Positions 45,876 through 55,843 of a stretch of 64,000 bases of DNA are shown here, piece after piece. The stretch covers positions 1 to 64,000 of the IMG/VR virus record IMGVR_UViG_3300042892_005961; one strand, written 5' to 3'. Numbering within the stretch: position 1 is the stretch's first letter; every line of letters begins with the position of its first letter. Position numbers and translations under genes: made by a program. Below the pieces are notes generated by a model, which was given only the letters and a program-made list of their open reading frames with translations, made no database searches and was not told the origin of the DNA.

Positions 45876-46898
45876 ATGAAAAAAGTATTAGTATTAGGTG
45901 CTGGTGGATTCATCGGTTCACATTTAGTAAAAAAATTAAAAGAACAAGGATGTTGGGTTAGAGGAGTTGATTTAAAATATCCTGAATATGAAACAAGTGT
46001 TGCAGATGATTTTGTTATTCGTGATTTAAGAGACCCAAGAAATGTTGAGTCTGTGATTAAATTAGAGTCATATAATAATCATCCTTTACCATATAAGTTT
46101 GACCTTTATCCATTCTCAGATAAATTACAATTTGATGAAGTGTATCAATTAGCTGCCGATATGGGTGGAGCTGGTTATATTTTTAGTGGTGATAATGATG
46201 CAAATGTGATGCACAATTCTGCAATGATTAATTTAAATGTTGCATATGAATGTTCAAGACAGGAAGTTAAAAAAGTATTTTATTCTTCTTCCGCTTGTAT
46301 GTATCCAGAACATAATCAATTAGATCCAACTAATCCAAATTGTGAAGAATCTTCAGCCTATCCAGCAAATCCAGATTCAGAATATGGATGGGAAAAATTA
46401 TTTAGTGAAAGAATGTTTTTAGCTTTTCATAGAAATTATAATTTAGATATTAGAATTGCTAGATTTCATAACATATTTGGACCATATGGAACATATAAAG
46501 ATGGAAAAGAAAAGGCACCTGCAGCTATATGTAGAAAAGTTGCTGAGTGTTTAGATGGTGGTGAAATTGAAGTATGGGGAGATGGTGAACAAACTCGTTC
46601 TTTTTTATACATCGATGAATGTATTGAAGGAGTATTAAAATTAATGGAATCAGATTTTATTGGTCCAGTAAATATTGGTAGTGATGAAATGGTAACCATA
46701 AATGATATGGTAAATAGTGTAATCGACATTAGTGGTAAAACGGTACATGTTAAACATGTCGACGGTCCAACTGGTGTTAGAGGTAGAAATAGTGACAATA
46801 CTTTAATTAAAGAAAAATTAAATTGGTCACCAAAACAACCTTTATATGATGGACTAATAAAAACATTTAATTGGATAAACAAAGAAATTATTAAATGA
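45876..46898 (+). CDS. GDP-mannose 3,5-epimerase-like extended SDR
   Basis: GAGGFIG, QLAADMGGAG, YSSSACMYP, YGWEK, KEKAPAAICRK, GVRGRNSDN. Confidence 0.88.
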   Translation: MKKVLVLGAGGFIGSHLVKKLKEQGCWVRGVDLKYPEYETSVADDFVIRDLRDPRNVESVIKLESYNNHPLPYKFDLYPFSDKLQFDEVYQLAADMGGAGYIFSGDNDANVMHNSAMINLNVAYECSRQEVKKVFYSSSACMYPEHNQLDPTNPNCEESSAYPANPDSEYGWEKLFSERMFLAFHRNYNLDIRIARFHNIFGPYGTYKDGKEKAPAAICRKVAECLDGGEIEVWGDGEQTRSFLYIDECIEGVLKLMESDFIGPVNIGSDEMVTINDMVNSVIDISGKTVHVKHVDGPTGVRGRNSDNTLIKEKLNWSPKQPLYDGLIKTFNWINKEIIK

Positions 46899-47470
46899 AA
46901 ATAGAATTTATTATACCGACATACAATAGACCTCATCAATTAATGGGTGTGATAAGTTCTATATATTCACAAACATCACCTAATTGGAAAATACACGTTG
47001 TTGCAGATGCTGTTTATGATGGTTATCAAAAAGTAAAAGATTATTTTAACGGTGACGATAGAATAAGATTTACAGAATTAAATGGTCCACATAAAGATTG
47101 GGGACATACCCCAAGAAATTATGGATTACAACATGCAACGGAAGAATGGGTTGTTATGACAGGTGACGATAATTACTATATGCCAATCTTTGTCGAAGAT
47201 TTTTTAAATTCTGTGGAAAAAAACACACATTTTGTTTATTGTAATATGGTTCACAATTGGGTTAATAATCAATACATTGTTTTAAATTCAATTCCTAAAT
47301 TAGGTGCCATAGACATCGGTAATTTTATGTCTAAAACAGATTTGGCTAAAAATATAAAATTAGATATTACATATGAACAATCTGATGGTTTATTTGTTGA
47401 GGAGTATCTAAGAAAATATCCTCACGGAACTATTAAAAAAATAAATAAACCACTATACGTACATAATTAA
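46895..47470 (+). CDS. GT2 glycosyltransferase
   Basis: IIPTYNR, RNYGL, GDDNYY. Confidence 0.85.
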   Translation: MKIEFIIPTYNRPHQLMGVISSIYSQTSPNWKIHVVADAVYDGYQKVKDYFNGDDRIRFTELNGPHKDWGHTPRNYGLQHATEEWVVMTGDDNYYMPIFVEDFLNSVEKNTHFVYCNMVHNWVNNQYIVLNSIPKLGAIDIGNFMSKTDLAKNIKLDITYEQSDGLFVEEYLRKYPHGTIKKINKPLYVHN

Positions 47471-47473
47471 ATT

Positions 47474-47953
47474 ATGAAACAACAAACAAAACAAGAATTA
47501 GAGGATTGGTATAAAAAAAATGATCCTTGGTCATATAAAACAACTAATGATGATATTATTAGAAAAGAAAAAATATTATCATTATTAGAAAACTATAATA
47601 CGGCATTAGATATTGGTTGCGGTGAAGGATTTATTACGACAGATTTACCCGCAAACAAAATTTACGGAATAGAATTATCTGATAATGCGTCCTTAAGATT
47701 ACCAAATAACATTATTAGATTAATGAAACCAATGGAAAAATATGATTTGGTAATGACAACCGGTACATTATATACTCAATATAATAATGAACAAATAAGA
47801 AATTGGATTTTTGAGTCATCAAAAAAACACATACTGGTTGGTGGAATTAAAGATTGGATGTTGTGGTCCGACTATGGTAAAATAATAAAAGAAATAGAAT
47901 TTAAGTATAGAGAATATACACAAATAATTAGATTATATGAGGTTACTACATAA
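47474..47953 (+). CDS. SAM methyltransferase (NodS-like)
   Basis: DPWSY, ALDIGCGEG, YDLVM..GTLY. Confidence 0.75.
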   Translation: MKQQTKQELEDWYKKNDPWSYKTTNDDIIRKEKILSLLENYNTALDIGCGEGFITTDLPANKIYGIELSDNASLRLPNNIIRLMKPMEKYDLVMTTGTLYTQYNNEQIRNWIFESSKKHILVGGIKDWMLWSDYGKIIKEIEFKYREYTQIIRLYEVTT

Positions 47954-48449
47954 TATAGGAGATATAAGACATTCAAATTATCACACTCGTGATCAAATTT
48001 TAAAATCAAACGAACCATTAGGTTTTGATGGAATATATCTTAATGTTTATGAAAACAAGGATGTGTTAAAAGAGAAGATCGGAATTTTTTTTGTAATGGG
48101 TAATTACATCGGTGGAGACAATTCATTTGATTTAAAATATGTACCGAAGTTAGAAAAATATTGTACATGGGAACAAATACATGAAATGTGTGAAGAGTTT
48201 GATTTTGAAATAGGTTGGCATACTTGGAGTCATCCAGATTTAAGGACATTATCAAAAGAAGAAATAATAAAGGAAATTACTCCCCCATTTCCTATGAGAT
48301 ATTTTGCATATCCATACGGACACTTTAATGATTTAGTTATCGAATGTGTTAAGGAAGTTGGTTTTGAAAAAGCATGGAGTGTTCACCAAGGTTCAAGAAA
48401 TCCAAATGAAAAGGATTATAATTTTAAAATATACAGACCATACTTATGA
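47937..48449 (+). CDS. polysaccharide deacetylase (NodB/CE4-like)
   Basis: GFDG, FFVMG, EIGWHTWSHPDL, FAYPYG. Confidence 0.85.
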   Translation: MRLLHNIGDIRHSNYHTRDQILKSNEPLGFDGIYLNVYENKDVLKEKIGIFFVMGNYIGGDNSFDLKYVPKLEKYCTWEQIHEMCEEFDFEIGWHTWSHPDLRTLSKEEIIKEITPPFPMRYFAYPYGHFNDLVIECVKEVGFEKAWSVHQGSRNPNEKDYNFKIYRPYL

Positions 48450-49180
48450 TTAATTTTGAACAACTTAAGAAAGAATATAACGAAAAAGGTATTATAGTTA
48501 TGTCAAATGTTTTTACGTCAGAAGAGTGTGACGAAATTAAAAAGAATGCTTATTCTGTGAGAGATGAGGATATTAAAAAAAGTGGTTATCCACACGTACC
48601 AAGTGAAAAGAAAAATGGTAAAAGATTGTTAGTTTTTTTTCCGTCACTTGTTAACGAATATCTGAATAAAATTAGAACGGATGAAAGGATGATTAATTTG
48701 GTTAAAAATTTTATTGGTGATGATGTTAAACAAATAAATAATCAAATTTATTTTAGAGAAAGTGGTGACCAAGATCAATTTGCGTGGCATCAAGACGTTA
48801 TGTTTAGAGAGGATATAAATTTCAATAACGATGTAGAGGATGATTATTTCCAAACAATAATTGCCGTTGATGATATAACAGAGGACAATGGTGCAATTGA
48901 ATTTATTGATGGTTCACATAAGACAATGAGGATTCCGATTCCAAATAATTTACGAGAATTTAAAAGAGGTGACTTAAGTGGTAAGAAATATACCGCAAAT
49001 AAAGGTGATGTTTTGATATGGTCAGTTTTATCTGTTCATGGTAGTGAGCCAAATCAATCAAAGAAAGATAGAATGACATATATGAATGGATTCTGTAGGT
49101 CAAAATCAACAAAAACATATCCTGATTACTTGAAAAATGGTGAAATAATTCGTAATATTAATGTAAACCATATACCATGA
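48446..49180 (+). CDS. PhyH-family 2OG-Fe(II) dioxygenase
   Basis: WHQD, NGAIEFIDGSH, GDVLIW, HGSEPN..R. Confidence 0.9.
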   Translation: MINFEQLKKEYNEKGIIVMSNVFTSEECDEIKKNAYSVRDEDIKKSGYPHVPSEKKNGKRLLVFFPSLVNEYLNKIRTDERMINLVKNFIGDDVKQINNQIYFRESGDQDQFAWHQDVMFREDINFNNDVEDDYFQTIIAVDDITEDNGAIEFIDGSHKTMRIPIPNNLREFKRGDLSGKKYTANKGDVLIWSVLSVHGSEPNQSKKDRMTYMNGFCRSKSTKTYPDYLKNGEIIRNINVNHIP

Positions 49181-49791
49181 GTACTATAACAGTTGTGATT
49201 GCTTCATATCAATATGGACATTTAGCCGCACATTGTATTGAAAGTGTTTTATGTCAATCGAGAAAACCTGATAAGATTTTATTTGTAGATGACGGTGTTG
49301 GTGATTGTAGTCACCTACCAAAAATATATCCTGAAGTTGAATATGTGTTGAGGGAAAAAAACATGGGTACTGTTGCAAATTTTCAGGATATGTTGATGAG
49401 AGTGACAACCGATAAATGTATGTTTTTAGGTGCAGATAATTGGTTAAGGGCAGATACTTTAGAAATATTAGACAAAATTGATGCTGATGTTGTTGTTTAT
49501 GATATAGTAGTTACCGGCGATTCAAAAAAAGGTTTACATGATAGACACGGGAATGAAATGACATCATATCAAGGGGATTTATATTGGACTAGATATAAAC
49601 AACATCATGGCTCAATGTTATATAAAACAAAATTAGCACAATCAATTGGTTACAAGGGAACCGGTGGTAAACATTCAGAAGAAGATTTATATCTTTTTAG
49701 AGAAATGAAAAATCGCGGTGCAAAAATGGAATGGGTTAAAGAAGGTCTTTTATATTACAGAAGACATAGAGAAAATTTTATAAAAACATAA
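49177..49791 (+). CDS. GT2 glycosyltransferase
   Basis: VVIASY, VDDG, GADN, EEDL, YYRRH. Confidence 0.85.
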   Translation: MSTITVVIASYQYGHLAAHCIESVLCQSRKPDKILFVDDGVGDCSHLPKIYPEVEYVLREKNMGTVANFQDMLMRVTTDKCMFLGADNWLRADTLEILDKIDADVVVYDIVVTGDSKKGLHDRHGNEMTSYQGDLYWTRYKQHHGSMLYKTKLAQSIGYKGTGGKHSEEDLYLFREMKNRGAKMEWVKEGLLYYRRHRENFIKT

Positions 49792-49792
49792 T

Positions 49793-50905
49793 ATGAAAAT
49801 AAGTTTAGTGCTAGCGGTTTACAATAAATTAGATTTAACAACGGAATGTTACAAAAGATTACGTCAGTTATATCCCAACGCACCATTAGTTATTAGTAGT
49901 GGTGGATCAAGTGATGGAACCAAAGAATGGTTAGAATCATTAGAAGATGAAAACCTATCTTTCTTTCATGATGATGATCGTTTAACATTCTCAGAAACAT
50001 ATAACGCAGGTATTGATCTTGTTGATACGGAAAAAATTGTTCTTATCCATAACGATATGGTTATTGGTGAAGGTTTCTTAGAGGCAATAGAAAGACTATT
50101 AACTGAAAATATGATCTTATCCTACACAACAATTGAACCTCCTATTTTTAAAGGTCATTCAAGACCTGGTAAAGTATTGTTAGATTTGGGTAGTGGGTTT
50201 GATAACTTTGATCAAACTAATTTTAATAATTACATTCAAAAATGGAAAGATACTGATACACTACACGATGGTGCGGTCTTCTTTATGTCAGCATATAAGA
50301 AAACATTTATTGACTTAGGTGGTTTTGATGGATTTAGTTTTGTTCCATGTTTTTGTGAAGATGATGACTTTTTAATCCGTGCGAAACTAAAAGGGTATGA
50401 ATTAAAAACTTGTGATTCTGCAATTACCTATCATTTTGTTTCGCAGACATCAAGGTTCAGTGATGAAATGAAAGATGTACGTGGAACAATTGAAGCTCAT
50501 TCAATTAGAAACTTTATAAGAAAATGGGGGATTAGTATTCCAATGTTTAACGCGATGGATTATCAAACAACAGATAACTTTACATACGTTAAGAAAATTG
50601 TTGGTGTTAAATTAAGTAGTACCAAACATATTGAATTATTGGAACCATTCTTTGATAAGATTGAGATTGATGAGTTCCCAACGGAATATGTTGAAAAGGA
50701 ACAAGGATCTACTCGTTACAATTTAACTAAGAAATTTGAAGATGTTAATGATGTTGATATTAAAGTATTTGTTACCGATAACTTTAATCAGGATGATTTT
50801 AACATGGTCAACGCATTGAGAGTATCTCTTGATGATTACGGACCTGGTGTTTATGAAAATGGTAATATAACAGTGTTGATAATAGATAAGGATCAAAAGG
50901 CATAA
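49793..50905 (+). CDS. GT2 glycosyltransferase
   Basis: GSSDGT, YNAGI, IHNDM, GGFD, EDDDF. Confidence 0.88.
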   Translation: MKISLVLAVYNKLDLTTECYKRLRQLYPNAPLVISSGGSSDGTKEWLESLEDENLSFFHDDDRLTFSETYNAGIDLVDTEKIVLIHNDMVIGEGFLEAIERLLTENMILSYTTIEPPIFKGHSRPGKVLLDLGSGFDNFDQTNFNNYIQKWKDTDTLHDGAVFFMSAYKKTFIDLGGFDGFSFVPCFCEDDDFLIRAKLKGYELKTCDSAITYHFVSQTSRFSDEMKDVRGTIEAHSIRNFIRKWGISIPMFNAMDYQTTDNFTYVKKIVGVKLSSTKHIELLEPFFDKIEIDEFPTEYVEKEQGSTRYNLTKKFEDVNDVDIKVFVTDNFNQDDFNMVNALRVSLDDYGPGVYENGNITVLIIDKDQKA

Positions 50906-51528
50906 TTGCCGACGTGTTTAACCATCATACTTAAGTATGTGTCAATAAACACTTCATATCCTAATTCTCTTAACTTACCTAATAAAATAAAGTCTTCACC
51001 GAAGTAATCTTCGGTGTTTTCTTTATATCTAAATTCAAAATATGGTTTTTCTAATTTATCGAATGTATCTAATTTCATTAACATACATCCCATACCTACT
51101 CCCTCCACTTTAACGAGGTCTTCCTGTATTTCCATTGGTAACCAACTATTCCAATCATTTAAATCGGTGTATGCAACCGTTTTAAGGGGTTTTGAACGTC
51201 TCATATAGTTACATGCTACAATGTCCTTATTGTGTTCTAAAAGACGTAATGCGGTGGTTGGTGGGAACATCATATCACTATCTAACCAAAGGACATAATC
51301 TGAATTTACTTCCTTTGCTTTCTTAATAAGATTGTTTCTTTGATTTAATAATATTGTACTTGAATCGTAGAATAAATAAGCATCTATACCTGCCTCTCTT
51401 GTTGTATTAAATAATTGAGTTATACAATAAGAGAACTGACTATGAACAGTATCCCTCGTTGGGACTAATATTGATAACTTAAGTGGTTTTACCTCCCACA
51501 TTGAGCTATTGTTGATTGATTTACTCAT
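50893..51528 (-). CDS. GT-A fold glycosyltransferase-like protein
   Basis: RN.L, LWLDSDM, GMGCMLM, GEDF, HVG. Confidence 0.75.
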   Translation of the reverse strand: MSKSINNSSMWEVKPLKLSILVPTRDTVHSQFSYCITQLFNTTREAGIDAYLFYDSSTILLNQRNNLIKKAKEVNSDYVLWLDSDMMFPPTTALRLLEHNKDIVACNYMRRSKPLKTVAYTDLNDWNSWLPMEIQEDLVKVEGVGMGCMLMKLDTFDKLEKPYFEFRYKENTEDYFGEDFILLGKLRELGYEVFIDTYLSMMVKHVGNYAF

Positions 51529-51968
51529 AATCCCGGTATGTTGTCTGTTATGGTGTTATTTTGATATGTTATGTTTCTACCCGCTTCAACCATTTCTTCA
51601 ACCCTTTTAGATATAAGTTGAAAGTCTTTAATTGGGAGATTACTAATTGTTGTGTAAGTTAATCTTGAATATGTATTTGTTAGTAAGATATCTACAGCAC
51701 CAATCCTTGCCCATTTCTCAATAAAACACATTCTTAATATGTTCTCATCCCCACATAATAAACCTTCAATACGAACCTTATCGTACGTGTTTAATATCTC
51801 CACAAGTATTTGATGTTCCCTTCTGTAATAGGGTATAAAAGATAAAAAATACGTTAATTTGAGACGTTTAACAAACTTGATGAGTCTTTCTCTATCAAAG
51901 TTAATTCCGTTCCATTTAACGTACTGTAATTCGTATTTTGAGGGGTGATATTTATAACGTAAATCCAT
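51525..51968 (-). CDS. hypothetical protein
   Basis: 147-aa ORF. Confidence 0.6.
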   Translation of the reverse strand: MDLRYKYHPSKYELQYVKWNGINFDRERLIKFVKRLKLTYFLSFIPYYRREHQILVEILNTYDKVRIEGLLCGDENILRMCFIEKWARIGAVDILLTNTYSRLTYTTISNLPIKDFQLISKRVEEMVEAGRNITYQNNTITDNIPGL

Positions 51969-52005
51969 ACATTATAATATAATAAAAAAAGGTGAAAATG
52001 TAAAA

Positions 52006-52224
52006 TTAATATGTACCTGAACCTGATAAACCACCAAAAGATGCTCCTTCAGCAGTTTCAGATCCACTTGGGATACTTGCAACCCCCGAATACGATCTAT
52101 TACGACCAACACCTAAAGTTGAATTTAAACCCACCTCTATTGAACCGGCAGTAGCTGTTAATCCTAAAACTACACTAATTCTTCCCATACTTACTTCGGT
52201 TCCCGTTGCTGGTACTGTACCCAT
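52006..52224 (-). CDS. small Gly/Ser/Thr-rich putative virion protein
   Basis: MGTVPATGTEVSMG start; downstream of the tail fibre; TATTTAT at 52255-52261. Confidence 0.55.
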   Translation of the reverse strand: MGTVPATGTEVSMGRISVVLGLTATAGSIEVGLNSTLGVGRNRSYSGVASIPSGSETAEGASFGGLSGSGTY

Positions 52225-52257
52225 GATATATTTCTTTTAACTAAGTTCTTTGTTATA

Positions 52258-52294
52258 AATACTTACCACATTTTTTTAAGACGTGGTAAGTATT
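52258..52294 (-). terminator. inverted repeat / probable terminator
   Basis: aatacttaccac...gtggtaagtatt 12-bp stem just after the tail fibre stop. Confidence 0.55.
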
Positions 52295-52306
52295 CATTTA
52301 ATGTAA

Positions 52307-53653
52307 TTATTTTATTTTAGCTTCTAAAGCTTCAACACGAATTAATAATTCTTTGTTTGTTTCAATTAACAAAGCAACTAATTTTTCATATTTAACAGCC
52401 ATATAACCGTTGTCTCTTGTTGTTACAATTTCAGGTAAAACTGCATCAATTTCTTGTGCAATAACTCCTATATCGTGACCTTCGTTCTCATGTATACCCG
52501 GCATTTCTTTCCAATCAAAATAATAACCGTTGATTTGTTTTAATATATCTAAAGAACCTGTAATTGAATGAATGTTTTCTTTTAGTCTTTCATCAGAACT
52601 GTAAAATGCAATAACGTCATTTGTCGCTCTAATTAAACCGACAGTTGTTGGTGTTGACGTACCTACACCCAAAGCTCCTGTTAATGATACTGTTGTTCCG
52701 TTATCAGTTATTGATGAGTTACCCACAGTCGATGCTGATGTGAATTTAGTCAATATATTGGTAGTACCTGATGTTGTGATTGAAGTTCCTGAAGAACCAT
52801 TTGATCCTGAAGAACCTGATGTTCCTGAAGAACCATTTGATCCTGAAGAACCTGATGTTCCTGATGAACCTGAAGAACCACTTGTTCCTGAAGAACCTGA
52901 TGTTCCTGAAGAACCGTTAGAACCTGAAGAACCACTTGTTCCTGAAGAACCACTTGTTCCTGAAGAACCTGAAGAACCATTAGATCCTGAAGATCCACTT
53001 GTTCCTGAAGAACCATTAGATCCTGAAGATCCACTTGTTCCTGAAGAACCTGAAGAACCACTTGTTCCTGAAGAACCTGAAGAACCACTTGTTCCTGATG
53101 TTGCTGCAGTATATGATGTTCCATTAATGAATAATGAACCAGTCACAACCATACTACCACTAACAGACATGCTACCTGTGATAGATTGACTACCAGTAAT
53201 ATTTTGACTACCTACTAATGTACTTTGACTTGATCCTGCAGAACCTGTTGGAGGAACTGGTAGACCTACCGCCGCCAAACTTGCTGAAGTTTGTACAACT
53301 TGAGTACCTATTTGGATTGTACCATCAGTGTTTGTACTGATAGCTTTTATACCACCAATAAAGATAGATCCTGTAGATACATAGATGTCCTTCCACCAAT
53401 GTGTCGCATCACCCAAATCGTAAGCATTATTAACAGATGGGATTATAGATCCGCTAATTGTTTGGTTTGCTGTGAATAGGTTACTACCTGTGGTAGCGAA
53501 ACGAGCAGAACCCGTTGTGTTTAGGGATAGTGCGTTTGTGGATGTACCACTAATCGCAGCATTTATTGTTCCGTCTACCGTAAGATCTCCAAAAAAACGA
53601 GCCGAGCCCGATACGTTTAGTGATCCAGAGACATTTGCGTCAAATATTTTCAT
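52307..53653 (-). CDS. tail fibre/spike protein with Ser-Gly repeats and C-terminal peptidase S74 intramolecular chaperone
   Basis: YDLG..WKDIYV beta repeat; (T/S)SG repeats; YSSDERLKENI...IGVIAQE...VKYEKLVALLIE. Confidence 0.85.
   Translation of the reverse strand: MKIFDANVSGSLNVSGSARFFGDLTVDGTINAAISGTSTNALSLNTTGSARFATTGSNLFTANQTISGSIIPSVNNAYDLGDATHWWKDIYVSTGSIFIGGIKAISTNTDGTIQIGTQVVQTSASLAAVGLPVPPTGSAGSSQSTLVGSQNITGSQSITGSMSVSGSMVVTGSLFINGTSYTAATSGTSGSSGSSGTSGSSGSSGTSGSSGSNGSSGTSGSSGSNGSSGSSGTSGSSGTSGSSGSNGSSGTSGSSGTSGSSGSSGTSGSSGSNGSSGTSGSSGSNGSSGTSITTSGTTNILTKFTSASTVGNSSITDNGTTVSLTGALGVGTSTPTTVGLIRATNDVIAFYSSDERLKENIHSITGSLDILKQINGYYFDWKEMPGIHENEGHDIGVIAQEIDAVLPEIVTTRDNGYMAVKYEKLVALLIETNKELLIRVEALEAKIK
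52787..53101 (-). repeat. 9-bp tandem coding repeat, ~35 x (SSG/TSG/SNG)
   Basis: Units such as cctgaagaa / cctgatgtt / ccacttgtt; Gly at every third residue. Confidence 0.95.
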
Positions 53654-53713
53654 AGGTTATATTGTTATACCCTAATAAATACTTTGAACTTTCAAATTGT
53701 ATAAAAAATATCT

Positions 53714-55843
53714 CTAAATTGGTAGAAGTTTTTCGAGTTTTTCTATAACTTCTCCTCCTGTAATAGTTTTTGAACATTCAAATTGGTTTTCTGTCTTTTC
53801 ATGAATAGGACACCAATTCCAATTACCTGGATCAAATTCATGGTTAGACCAACAACTATTACATACATTTTTATTGATTACCCTTGTTACACCGTCTAAT
53901 GGTTCTAAATCTACGTCAGTAAAACCTGAAATAATTACTGTAGGGGTTCCTGACGCCCAAGATAACCAACTTAATCCACTGCTTATACCTATAAATAATT
54001 CAGACTCTTGTAAAACTTTTATGATATCGGTCAGTTTACCCTTAGGTTGTACCGTAATTCCTTTAGGATGTTTGTTACCCATGTAACCATCTTCCTCACG
54101 AGATAAGAGTCTGACTTCATAATTCTTAGCTTTAAGATAATCTACCACCTCCTGCCAACCGGTTGGATTATTCCAATATTTACATTGAGCTGTTGAATGA
54201 ATAGCAATTGAAACCAATTTTTTCTTCTTCTTACCTAATTTCTTTAATTTAGGTTTAAGTTCCACATAATCCAATCCGAGAATATCGGATGCCACTTTCA
54301 TTAATGGTTCCTTTTTAGGGTCGTTGTAATGTTTTGTATAATCAATTTTACGTTCATTAGTATAAAATAACCCCAAACGATATAACGCGTGTATATTATT
54401 TACGTTTGATCCAGGTAAAACAAACTCAATATCGGGATACTGATCTTTGAATAGATCATTATTGAATGATGAACAAATTACTTTACATTTATTATCTGTT
54501 CTAAATTTCTCAACATATGGTATCCAAGCTAAACTATCTCCTAATGATTTAGATTCAAAACATATCATTACTCTTTTATCCGTTAAATCAAAATTATACT
54601 CTTGGTAGAAATTATTATCAACACCTTTAATTTTAATTAACCAATCTACATAGTATTTTTTAGACGATCTAACCCAATGATTACTCTTTAAATTAAACTC
54701 AAATTCTAATTTACCATTTTTCTTATCTATAAATTGAACGTTGTAAAGATAATCACCTTCTTCTAATACCTCAACAAATGGACCATCAACAAAATGAATG
54801 TTTGTTCTTCTATTTGTGTTAACATTATTTCTTGATAGTTTATTCTTTCTTCTAAACTCATTCATTTCATCTTTAAGTTCCTGTGTGAATATTTCCAATC
54901 CTTGATGACGTACTTCAACTACTTCATTTTGTTTATATTCACCGAGTCTTTCTAATTTGTATTCACCCTTTTTAACTGTATGGAATTTTTTATATGTTCC
55001 ATAGTTAACTTCAATTAAATAATCCTTATCAGCTGGTTGTTCTGAAAATCCGGATATAAAATGAATAAACAATTGTCCCGCATCATCAACACCTAAATAA
55101 GTTTGTAAACGAGCACCATTTTTTAATATACCATTCCTATTCCATACCGCAAACATATTAAGTTCATTATCATTAGGGATATACTTACTAACAAATATAC
55201 TATTGGTAACCTTCTTAATTGATTGGTATAATTGTTTTTCTAATTGCCATCTATCGGGTTTACCCTTGAAGTATTCTTCTTTACTATTAATAAGACTAAT
55301 CATCTTTAACGCAACATCGGTCTTAATTGAAAAGATATAAGCTGAACTATATGGATTACTTTCTTTTGTTGATCCTTCTGAATACTCGTAAACTACGGCA
55401 TCATTACTTCTAATATATTCCATAAATGCTTGACGATACTGAATTTCATCTGGTAAGTTATCATACTCTAAGAAATGAATATATTGTTTACCTAATTGTT
55501 TAACAAGATTGAAAGCATTTTTCATTGTCAACCAAATTGCATAGTCGTGATGAAAATCTATTTTATTAGTTATCTTATACGTTCCCATATCAGTCCATCT
55601 ATCACTATTAATACCATACTCAGCAAAATCCTTTTCTAATAATATGTCGTTATTACCATCATATAGATAGTAATCCGCTAACACTTGTATCTCAGGTGAA
55701 ACTGCATAATGTCCACATAATATAATGGGACAATTATAAACCTTTAAACTTATAAGTAATTTCTTTAAAACATTTTCTTTATCTTTATTATCAGGCCAGC
55801 AGTCAACTACAAAAACATCATCATTAAATTGTGTATATCCCAT
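53714..55843 (-). CDS. TibC/Aah-like (autotransporter O-heptosyltransferase, GT9-related) glycosyltransferase with N-terminal extension
   Basis: SKSLGDSLAWIPY, HSTAQCKYWNNPTGW, FIGISSGLSWLSW, VIISGF, CNSCW...CP...FECSK Cys cluster. Confidence 0.8.
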   Translation of the reverse strand: MGYTQFNDDVFVVDCWPDNKDKENVLKKLLISLKVYNCPIILCGHYAVSPEIQVLADYYLYDGNNDILLEKDFAEYGINSDRWTDMGTYKITNKIDFHHDYAIWLTMKNAFNLVKQLGKQYIHFLEYDNLPDEIQYRQAFMEYIRSNDAVVYEYSEGSTKESNPYSSAYIFSIKTDVALKMISLINSKEEYFKGKPDRWQLEKQLYQSIKKVTNSIFVSKYIPNDNELNMFAVWNRNGILKNGARLQTYLGVDDAGQLFIHFISGFSEQPADKDYLIEVNYGTYKKFHTVKKGEYKLERLGEYKQNEVVEVRHQGLEIFTQELKDEMNEFRRKNKLSRNNVNTNRRTNIHFVDGPFVEVLEEGDYLYNVQFIDKKNGKLEFEFNLKSNHWVRSSKKYYVDWLIKIKGVDNNFYQEYNFDLTDKRVMICFESKSLGDSLAWIPYVEKFRTDNKCKVICSSFNNDLFKDQYPDIEFVLPGSNVNNIHALYRLGLFYTNERKIDYTKHYNDPKKEPLMKVASDILGLDYVELKPKLKKLGKKKKKLVSIAIHSTAQCKYWNNPTGWQEVVDYLKAKNYEVRLLSREEDGYMGNKHPKGITVQPKGKLTDIIKVLQESELFIGISSGLSWLSWASGTPTVIISGFTDVDLEPLDGVTRVINKNVCNSCWSNHEFDPGNWNWCPIHEKTENQFECSKTITGGEVIEKLEKLLPI

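Noticed and set aside
40552-50905. Bacterial LPS/capsule locus
   Set aside because: No flippase, polymerase or export genes; it is interleaved with a capsid-derived miniprotein and flanked by phage genes.
52787-53101. Repeat array as a possible CRISPR
   Set aside because: Contiguous 9-bp coding units with no unique spacers; no cas genes in the window.
52740-53189. 149-aa Pro/Glu-repeat ORF on the plus strand and the 124-aa QVLQE ORF (52750..53124)
   Set aside because: Antisense and alternate-frame shadows of the 9-bp Ser/Gly repeat of the tail fibre gene.
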